64,000 nucleotides of DNA, taken from contig CAZTNI010000001.1 in NCBI GenBank assembly GCA_964615415.1, forward strand, positions 176,746-240,745, in the 5' to 3' direction. Below, piece after piece: positions 8,608 through 14,941 of this stretch (the first letter of the stretch is position 1; each line of letters opens with the position of its first letter). The position numbers were made by a program, and so were the translations under genes. The notes under the pieces are model-generated. The model did no database searches. It saw only the letters and a list, made by a program, of their open reading frames with translations, and was not told where the DNA came from. Origin of the DNA: an uncultured Candidatus Saccharibacteria bacterium (GTDB taxonomy: Bacteria; Patescibacteriota; Minisyncoccia; Phycocordibacterales; SBAW01).

Positions 8608-8638
8608 GGCCGACGCGTAAGCGTCGGCCTTTTTCTTT
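8608..8638 (+). terminator. intrinsic terminator
   Basis: Hairpin GGCCGACGCG-TAAGC-GTCGGCC followed by a T-run. Confidence 0.75.
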
Positions 8639-8649
8639 GCAAAAAATTT

Positions 8650-8686
8650 ATGAAAAAGAAAAGCCCCGCGCTTGGTAGCGCGGGGC
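8650..8686 (-). terminator. intrinsic terminator for the minus-strand membrane protein gene
   Basis: Hairpin GCCCCGCGC-TTGGTA-GCGCGGGGC with a T-run on the minus strand. Confidence 0.7.
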
Positions 8687-8700
8687 GGGGTTGGAAAGAG

Positions 8701-9207
8701 CTAGTGCTCGCCGTAGCCGGAAGCATCGTCCTTGCTCGTGTAGTCGATCGTCTTCTTGAGGGTGCGAGCGTTGATCAGGAACGCGACGACGATCTGCAGG
8801 AACCAGAAGACGAGGAGTACGACGAATTCCGTCGTTCGGTACACGTTCAGAAAATCGAACCGTCCCGCCAGCATGAACAGGAAGAGGCAGAAGATCCAGA
8901 AGATCAGCATCGAGATGATCTCCCAGGTGTTGTCGATGCCGGGCTTCGAGACTCGCAGGAGTTCGAAGAGGGCCGTGCCGGCGCCAAGGACATAGATCAC
9001 TTCGACCCATGTGCCGGCGTAGGTGCCCTCCATGAATTCCGCCGTGAAGAGTATGGTCCGCATATCCGGGGCGGATACTTCGATGATGGTGTAGATGATG
9101 AGGACGACGAGTGCGTACGGAAGTCGCCGAAATAGCCTGCCTGCGACCTTGCGGAACTTGCTCGGTCGGCGCGGCCGGGTAACGGCTGCGACAGTAGCGT
9201 CAGTCAT
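8701..9207 (-). CDS. integral membrane protein (4-5 TM), unknown function
   Basis: ATG at 9205-9207 with ribosome-binding site AAGGAGAG. Hydrophobic segments such as IISMLIFWIFCLFLFMLAG. Confidence 0.6.
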   Translation of the reverse strand: MTDATVAAVTRPRRPSKFRKVAGRLFRRLPYALVVLIIYTIIEVSAPDMRTILFTAEFMEGTYAGTWVEVIYVLGAGTALFELLRVSKPGIDNTWEIISMLIFWIFCLFLFMLAGRFDFLNVYRTTEFVVLLVFWFLQIVVAFLINARTLKKTIDYTSKDDASGYGEH

Positions 9208-9287
9208 GTCTGAGCTCTCCTTGTGTGTGCGTTGCAGGCGGTATGCCTGCAGGACGTCCGTTAGGTACAGTACAGCACTAAGTGTAT

Positions 9288-9316
9288 TTGTCAAGCTCTA
9301 GCGAATCTGCTACACT
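9288..9316 (+). promoter_or_regulatory. sigma70-like promoter: TTGTCA, 17-nt spacer, extended -10 TGCTACACT
   Basis: -35 at 9288-9293, -10 TACACT at 9311-9316, 17-nt spacer. ATG at 9352 preceded by ribosome-binding site AACGGAGG. Confidence 0.6.
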
Positions 9317-9351
9317 CGTTGTCGGATTTGCTCTCAAACGGAGGTTCTTCT

Positions 9352-9756
9352 ATGTACGACTCGTGGACGTGCCTTGCTGTAGTGCGTGGGCCGGGGGTAT
9401 TGCCGGACAATGTTATCTTGGTGCTTAAGATGGCGGCGTGCGACTTGCAGCGCCGGCAGCAGGAGCGGATGACCATTTTGAACGATGTGTGCGAAGGGGT
9501 GATAGAGACCGAATGGAAGACATTTTCGGTCAACACCCGTTCGGGAGTGTTGTTCAAAACGGAGATCGAAAGCGACAAGGGCAAGTACTGGGTCAACTTC
9601 CTACTCAGCAAGAGTGACCTCGAGCGTGGTGCCGAGATACTGCGCGAGCGCTTTGACGAAGGTAGCGAAATTGGTATTAACCAGCCTGAACCCTTCCCGG
9701 TTGCTGAGCTGTATGAGTTTGCAGACATGCGTCCGCCCAAGCACAAACTAAACTAG
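9352..9756 (+). CDS. hypothetical protein
   Basis: Internal ATG of ORF 9319..9756 preceded by a ribosome-binding site and the promoter above. Confidence 0.5.
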   Translation: MYDSWTCLAVVRGPGVLPDNVILVLKMAACDLQRRQQERMTILNDVCEGVIETEWKTFSVNTRSGVLFKTEIESDKGKYWVNFLLSKSDLERGAEILRERFDEGSEIGINQPEPFPVAELYEFADMRPPKHKLN

Positions 9757-9764
9757 TGCGAATT

Positions 9765-9797
9765 AAAAAAGCCGCTCCAAGAGCGGCTTTTCTTTTT
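9765..9797. terminator. bidirectional intrinsic terminator
   Basis: A-run, hairpin AGCCGCTC-CAAG-AGCGGCT, T-run, between convergent genes. Confidence 0.75.
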
Positions 9798-10206
9798 ACT
9801 TATTCCAGATTCGTTTCCGGAGGAGTTTCAGAACAAAGCCTATAAGAAGGCCGGCACCAGCGGCTCCAAATAGTCCGAGATACATCTGAGGAGTTACGTT
9901 TTCTGCAGAAAAATACTCAAGTAACCCTAAAACAAAGATGGTTCCTATAAAAATGTAATCAACTTTTTTTCCAATTGCTCCATACATGATTCCGCTCCAA
10001 AATAGAATTGATAAAGTCCAAGCAAGAAATGAGTCGGTTAGAGAAAAACCAAAAAACCCCACAGGTCGCTGATAGTTGAATATTGAAAAATTAAGCTCTT
10101 GAAACACAGGAATAGTTAATATGCCAATGCAAATTGCTCCAACCAGAATGCCCGTTCTTGTTAAAACTTGCGTAAATATTCCTAAAGCTCGTGTTCTCTG
10201 AACCAT
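9796..10206 (-). CDS. integral membrane protein, unknown function
   Basis: 136 aa, mostly hydrophobic. Overlaps the start of the downstream LCAT-like gene by 25 nt. Confidence 0.55.
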   Translation of the reverse strand: MVQRTRALGIFTQVLTRTGILVGAICIGILTIPVFQELNFSIFNYQRPVGFFGFSLTDSFLAWTLSILFWSGIMYGAIGKKVDYIFIGTIFVLGLLEYFSAENVTPQMYLGLFGAAGAGLLIGFVLKLLRKRIWNK

Positions 10207-12317
10207 GTTGTGTATCTGTGGATTAATTCTACACCATCTTTTATGTTGCCTTTGTCTTTTGCTAGCACGTCCATGTGTGTCAAAAGTGCTCTAATTGCAA
10301 TATTTATAGGTAGCTGCAAGAGCTTACTTTTTACTTTTGTACGCGCTTCCAACAGGTTTCCTAGTGTTTTGCAATCGGCAACTAGGCCGGTATACACTGC
10401 CTTTTTTGTAATCCACTTATTTTCGTACGCTTTCTGGAGATCGATTAGGCATGTAGCCGGAGTGAGTTCTGTTTGCACTGGCGGAGGAACATTTTCTGTA
10501 ATAGATATTTGGGTAGAAGTTGAAGAAACGAAGAGATTGTATGAAGTGTCTTTGCCGAGTGTGGTGGTGCCAGATATTTCTGCGCTTGTGGTTGTTGCAG
10601 GGCCTGCATAATCTGCAACGATGGTGTATGTGCCGCTGCCAGTACCTACAGTCTCCACTTTGTATGTTCCAGGTAACGGGTTAAGGATTATCGCGTATTC
10701 GTCTTCTGTATTGAAGCCTGTGTAAAATGCGTCAGGGATTTCATCCAGCTCTGCTCCGGTGGTAAAGTCTTTCCCTAAACGTTTACCGTCGGGAGCGACA
10801 ATTTGCATATCAATAGGAGAGAAAAGATTTAGAAGTAAAAAACGAATGTCAGTCCCATATACTTTGCCAACCACAGTTCCTGCTTCCTTATTGTTTAGTT
10901 TCTTGAATAAGTAGGGTGCGCTAGTTGAAGCAATACCGTTGTGATTCGTTTCGTAATATGTAACCTCTGGTTCTGTAACAAGAGAGATGCTTGATGCTGG
11001 TACGGTACCATCCCCACCATCTAAATATGTTTCTATAGGTTTTCCATGTTCCCACTTTTGCGTACTGTCCCAAAGTGGTGGCGTGTACGTTTCCACCAAA
11101 AAACCACTTACAGTCATGTTGGGATAATTGTCAGCAGCTAACATTTCCGTTCTGGTGTCTCGGAATACTTTGGCGCTCTTGGAAATTAAAGTTTCGAGAA
11201 AATTGTTTACCGGATAGCCGGAAGGATATTCGAGCGTAGTTGTAGCTGTAGAGAGATAGTCATGGAACACGGGCAATAATTCCTGGATAGAAGATACTGG
11301 ACGACCGTGAATGTAGTTGTAGATGCTGCTAAAACCCACGCCGTAGCCGTTTTTACGAGCTTCATTTTTAAACATTGTGGTCAAAAATAGATTTTGAAAA
11401 GTGTCGCCAAACTCAAACTCTCCACCCTCCCAAGCTTTGTATGCCAAGGGCGCGCCTGAAAGCGGAGAGGCTACTAGAAAAAGTTGATCAACATCATTCG
11501 CGTAGTCGCTGCGCTCTATGTATTGCATCGCGACGAGGCCGCCCATCGAGTGACCAATCAGGTCGACTTGTTTGCAGTCGCAAATTTCTTTTACGTCTTC
11601 AATTTTCTGCTTTAGTTGATACGCAGTGTCGATGTTGGAGTTGCGCCACTCGTAGGGGAAGGTAAACAAAGTTTCATTTCGGATGTACCCATTTGCAAGA
11701 AAGGTGTCTATCAAGTTGTCGTAGGTGTGCAAAATAGGATCGATAACCCACTCTCCGTTTTTTTGCCACGATCCAAGAATGCCGGGGATGATAATAACAG
11801 GGTCAAATTCTTCTGCCGGCTTCGGACCCCACTTCCATGGAAGGATGTAAAAATTTTGATTTTGTATTGCCTCTGCGGGTAATGTGCCACCACTCGATAA
11901 GTAATCAGTAAATTCGCTTCCTAAACTACTGCCGTAGACGACTGCAAAAAAGTTCTCGTCATTCGCTGCATTTGTAGGAATATTATTCGGTGTTTGAGAA
12001 ATGAATGTTGCTGATGCAGCAAACCCACTTACTGAGTCTATTGCTATAGGAGTTGCATTGCCTACCGTGCCGCGATACAGAGCTACTGATTTTTGGCCTG
12101 AGATGGTTGCTGGAAGGGAATAAAAGCAGCGGTCTCCTGCTATGCCCATACGCGGCATGTAGTGTTTGCTGGCCTCGAACGGGTGCTTATAGAGGTCGCA
12201 GTAAAAGATAAAGGAGTCTGCGTAGGAAGGGCTACTGGAAACGCTAGTTACATTTGCTGAAGCAATAAAAGGAGTGGCAAGGAATAGAGGGAGCAGTAAA
12301 GCAAGTAAGTACCGCAT
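10182..12317 (-). CDS. large secreted alpha/beta-hydrolase, LCAT/PGAP1-like lipase-acyltransferase family (paralog A)
   Basis: Signal peptide MRYLLALLLPLFLATPFIASA. LCAT-like N-terminus PVIIIPGILGSW. Nucleophile elbow VDLIGHSMGG. Paralogous to 14942..17761. Confidence 0.75.
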   Translation of the reverse strand: MRYLLALLLPLFLATPFIASANVTSVSSSPSYADSFIFYCDLYKHPFEASKHYMPRMGIAGDRCFYSLPATISGQKSVALYRGTVGNATPIAIDSVSGFAASATFISQTPNNIPTNAANDENFFAVVYGSSLGSEFTDYLSSGGTLPAEAIQNQNFYILPWKWGPKPAEEFDPVIIIPGILGSWQKNGEWVIDPILHTYDNLIDTFLANGYIRNETLFTFPYEWRNSNIDTAYQLKQKIEDVKEICDCKQVDLIGHSMGGLVAMQYIERSDYANDVDQLFLVASPLSGAPLAYKAWEGGEFEFGDTFQNLFLTTMFKNEARKNGYGVGFSSIYNYIHGRPVSSIQELLPVFHDYLSTATTTLEYPSGYPVNNFLETLISKSAKVFRDTRTEMLAADNYPNMTVSGFLVETYTPPLWDSTQKWEHGKPIETYLDGGDGTVPASSISLVTEPEVTYYETNHNGIASTSAPYLFKKLNNKEAGTVVGKVYGTDIRFLLLNLFSPIDMQIVAPDGKRLGKDFTTGAELDEIPDAFYTGFNTEDEYAIILNPLPGTYKVETVGTGSGTYTIVADYAGPATTTSAEISGTTTLGKDTSYNLFVSSTSTQISITENVPPPVQTELTPATCLIDLQKAYENKWITKKAVYTGLVADCKTLGNLLEARTKVKSKLLQLPINIAIRALLTHMDVLAKDKGNIKDGVELIHRYTTWFREHEL

Positions 12318-12391
12318 ATGTAGTTGTGCCGGCACAATACCACAACCAATTTTTGATGCAAAAAGAGGACCCTTTTAGGGTCCTCTTGGTT

Positions 12392-12862
12392 TTAACGTGG
12401 CCAGGAGACTTTGCCATCATTTATGTTCACCGATGCTCCGGCGGCGAATAGGTTCATCAGGTTGTCGCTCGTAAACCACTCTTCAAACACTCTTCGTTTG
12501 CCTTGGCTGTTAAGTACGAGGCGAGTTTTGCTGGTGTAGCCCCAGCCTCGAACGCCTTCAAGTAAGTGTTCTGTTATAAGTGTTTGGACAACCTCTGGGG
12601 TAACAAAAATTCGCGCATAACTTCCGTCGCCAAAATCCTGGCGCCACTCAATTTCAATATGGGGCCATTCTCTGCCAGGCGACACATGCAATGTGCGACT
12701 GGTATTATCGTTCCACTGACAAAACAGCAGTCCGGCAGCAATACGATAGTCTGCGACTGGCAGTTGGGGGCCGATAGATGTTGGGGCCGGATGCGTGTAC
12801 ACCCAGAGCATGTTGAAAGTAAGGCGAGTATCGGCAGGAAGTGTTTCTACCGCGTCTTCCAT
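12392..12862 (-). CDS. hypothetical protein
   Basis: ORF 156 aa, no recognisable motif. Confidence 0.45.
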   Translation of the reverse strand: MEDAVETLPADTRLTFNMLWVYTHPAPTSIGPQLPVADYRIAAGLLFCQWNDNTSRTLHVSPGREWPHIEIEWRQDFGDGSYARIFVTPEVVQTLITEHLLEGVRGWGYTSKTRLVLNSQGKRRVFEEWFTSDNLMNLFAAGASVNINDGKVSWPR

Positions 12863-12929
12863 CTGTGTTCTCCGTGATTTTGTGCAACTAATTAGTAAGT
12901 TACCACAGCAAAATTTTGATGCAAAAGTT

Positions 12930-12938
12930 TGCTACACT
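12930..12938 (+). promoter_or_regulatory. extended -10 box TGCTACACT, 8 nt upstream of the ATG (leaderless)
   Basis: TGCTACACT-cagggcgt-ATG. Confidence 0.5.
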
Positions 12939-12946
12939 CAGGGCGT

Positions 12947-13249
12947 ATGGCAACTGCCTTCAAAGTAAAAGGGAAGATATGGCTCTGGCCGGGAGAGGCG
13001 GCTTGGCATTTTGTAAATGTAGACGAACAGACTTCTCTCAAAATAAAAGAGCTGGCGAGCAAGAAAAAACGAAAAGGCTTTGGGTCGGTGCCTGTTGAAG
13101 TAACGCTCGGCAAGACAAAATGGAAGACATCCATTTTCCCCGACAGCCGCTCGGGTACGTATCTTTTGCCACTCAAATTAAAAGTCCGCATGACTGAAGG
13201 TGTTGCGCATGGTGATGTTATTGTCTATACGTTGCGTGCGTTTGTGTAA
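12947..13249 (+). CDS. DUF1905-like small protein
   Basis: MATAFKVKGKIWLWPGEAAWHFVNV ... resembles the DUF1905 beta-barrel family. Start moved to 12947 because ATG 12929 overlaps the -10 box. Confidence 0.5.
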   Translation: MATAFKVKGKIWLWPGEAAWHFVNVDEQTSLKIKELASKKKRKGFGSVPVEVTLGKTKWKTSIFPDSRSGTYLLPLKLKVRMTEGVAHGDVIVYTLRAFV

Positions 13250-13278
13250 TGAGGCTATCCCTCAGTCGTCTTCATGTT

Positions 13279-13287
13279 TGCTACACT
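13279..13287 (+). promoter_or_regulatory. extended -10 box TGCTACACT upstream of the cytochrome b5-like gene
   Basis: 23 nt upstream of ATG 13311. Confidence 0.45.
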
Positions 13288-13310
13288 ATGTAGGCCTTGT
13301 TAACCCCCCC

Positions 13311-13904
13311 ATGATCAATCTTTTTCTCTACATAGTTATAGGTATTAGTATGCTCGTTGGTACAAGCTTTGCTGCTATTGGTGTGGATCGTGCGTTTTTT
13401 GCACCAGCGGCGCCGATTGCGGATGAAACAGGAGCGTTGGCGACCGGAGAAACTTCGCAGCCACAAAACGCCGCCACAACGCAAACAGGCACCTCTGTGG
13501 CGACAAATTCTACCAACTGTGTCACCACAACCCGCGGAGATGACGATGACGAAGACGACGATGATGACAAAGTGGTACAAGATTGCACGACAACCACTGC
13601 GCAGGCTACTCCTACTGTCTCTACTGCCGCGCCAAAACCAGCGACGCAACCGACGACTCAAGCTTCGGGTACCTACACCATGGCGCAAGTTGCTACGCAT
13701 AACTCTGCGACAAGCTGCTACACCGTCATTGGTGGTTCGGTCTACAACTTAACCTCGTTCGTGTCACAGCATCCGGGAGGTTCCGTGGCAATTAAGTCGC
13801 TCTGCGGTGTGGACGGAACTGCTGCGTACACTGCACAACACAGTGGTGCGCGTCGTCCGGCAAACGAACTCGCAGGACTAAAGATAGGTACACTCGCACA
13901 ATAA
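13311..13904 (+). CDS. membrane-anchored or secreted protein with a C-terminal cytochrome b5-like heme-binding domain
   Basis: N-terminal hydrophobic segment. Thr/Ala-rich, poly-acidic linker DDDDEDDDDDK. C-terminal YTMAQVATHNSATSCYTVIGGSVYNLTSFVSQHPGG (cytochrome b5 HPGG motif). Confidence 0.65.
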   Translation: MINLFLYIVIGISMLVGTSFAAIGVDRAFFAPAAPIADETGALATGETSQPQNAATTQTGTSVATNSTNCVTTTRGDDDDEDDDDDKVVQDCTTTTAQATPTVSTAAPKPATQPTTQASGTYTMAQVATHNSATSCYTVIGGSVYNLTSFVSQHPGGSVAIKSLCGVDGTAAYTAQHSGARRPANELAGLKIGTLAQ

Positions 13905-13905
13905 T

Positions 13906-14331
13906 ATGAGCTTACTCCCTTTTTTACATGTTTTTGCAGTAGGTTTTGCGGCTGCCCTCATACTCCTTGCAGACAAGGAAGCGGTTGCATGGTTCCGCGG
14001 CAAAAAGGAGGTGCTCGATAAAGACCATGTGCGGCAGTATCACGTCTTTACGTGGATTGCGCTCGGCGCGCTTGCGGCAACGGGCACGCTCTTGTTGTAT
14101 CCGACGCGTCTCTTTTTATTCTCCGAGCCGCTTTTTATTGCGAAGCTATGTTTCATTGCGGTTCTTTTTGTAAATGCAATTTTGATTGGTCGGATACAGT
14201 ATGTTGCGCTGACACGTCCATTTGCCTCGCTTTCGTCTAAAGAAAAATTACCACTATTTTTAAGTGGTATAGCGTCAACCTACTGTTGGATCATGGCGGG
14301 CGTCCTGGGGTACATTATTGCTAATTGGTAA
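13906..14331 (+). CDS. integral membrane protein, translationally coupled to the cytochrome b5-like gene
   Basis: ATG lies 1 nt after the upstream stop. 4 TM. Conserved His residues in the first segments. Confidence 0.55.
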   Translation: MSLLPFLHVFAVGFAAALILLADKEAVAWFRGKKEVLDKDHVRQYHVFTWIALGALAATGTLLLYPTRLFLFSEPLFIAKLCFIAVLFVNAILIGRIQYVALTRPFASLSSKEKLPLFLSGIASTYCWIMAGVLGYIIANW

Positions 14332-14344
14332 AAGGAGAAGTAAT

Positions 14345-14375
14345 AAAAAACGGCACGCTCTGCGTGCCGTTTTTA
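14345..14375. terminator. bidirectional intrinsic terminator
   Basis: A-run, hairpin CGGCACGC-TCT-GCGTGCCG, T-run. Confidence 0.75.
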
Positions 14376-14377
14376 GT

Positions 14378-14869
14378 TTACAGAAGGAGCGAGATGTGAT
14401 CCTCGGGCTCGATAATTTTTTGGAACCCACGCTCGATAGAGCAGAGGAGGCCGCGCCTACCTTCCACGAACTGGTATCCCTCAAGTCCGTAGGCGGCGCG
14501 CACATTTTTGCACGGCGCGTTTTGCTGGCTCACACGGAGTACGACTCCGTTGCCGACCATAATCCGCGTGCCGTCCGCAATCTGGGAGAGGTCGCCCATG
14601 CCGCGCGTCGTAATATTTTCTCCCAGTGCTCCCGGACCGAGTGTCTTGCCGAGAAGCTTTGCCATCTCCTCGATCACCTCGATCGCAACAAGTGAAATGT
14701 GGCGGTCGATATTCGGCTTAAAGGTGCCGCGGTTGCTGAAGCTCGGTCGCAGCTCGCGATTGTGATAGTCGTCCTCAAGTCCGTGGGTGCCGACCGTTAC
14801 ACGCGGTTGCGCATGTTTCGGCAGGTTTCCTACGTGACTAATACAGACTGCAACAACAGTGCCGTTCAT
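14378..14869 (-). CDS. MOSC domain protein (YiiM-like)
   Basis: GENITTRGMGDLS ... NAPCKNV pattern of the molybdenum cofactor sulfurase C-terminal domain. 163 aa. Confidence 0.65.
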   Translation of the reverse strand: MNGTVVAVCISHVGNLPKHAQPRVTVGTHGLEDDYHNRELRPSFSNRGTFKPNIDRHISLVAIEVIEEMAKLLGKTLGPGALGENITTRGMGDLSQIADGTRIMVGNGVVLRVSQQNAPCKNVRAAYGLEGYQFVEGRRGLLCSIERGFQKIIEPEDHISLLL

Positions 14870-14941
14870 TGCGTGCTCCTTGTGGCAAGATGTACAACCG
14901 ATCCTATCTTTCTCTTTTTTGCGAAGCTTGTAAAGCCGCGA

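Noticed and set aside
8650-9135. 161-aa plus-strand ORF rich in Asp/Glu
   Set aside because: Its ATG lies inside the stem of the terminator hairpin at 8663-8686. It is low-complexity and sits in a GC-rich patch. The overlapping minus-strand ORF (8701-9207) has a ribosome-binding site and clear TM segments, so it was preferred.
12929-13249. Longer DUF1905 ORF starting at 12929
   Set aside because: The first ATG lies within the TGCTACACT -10 box. The start was moved to 12947.
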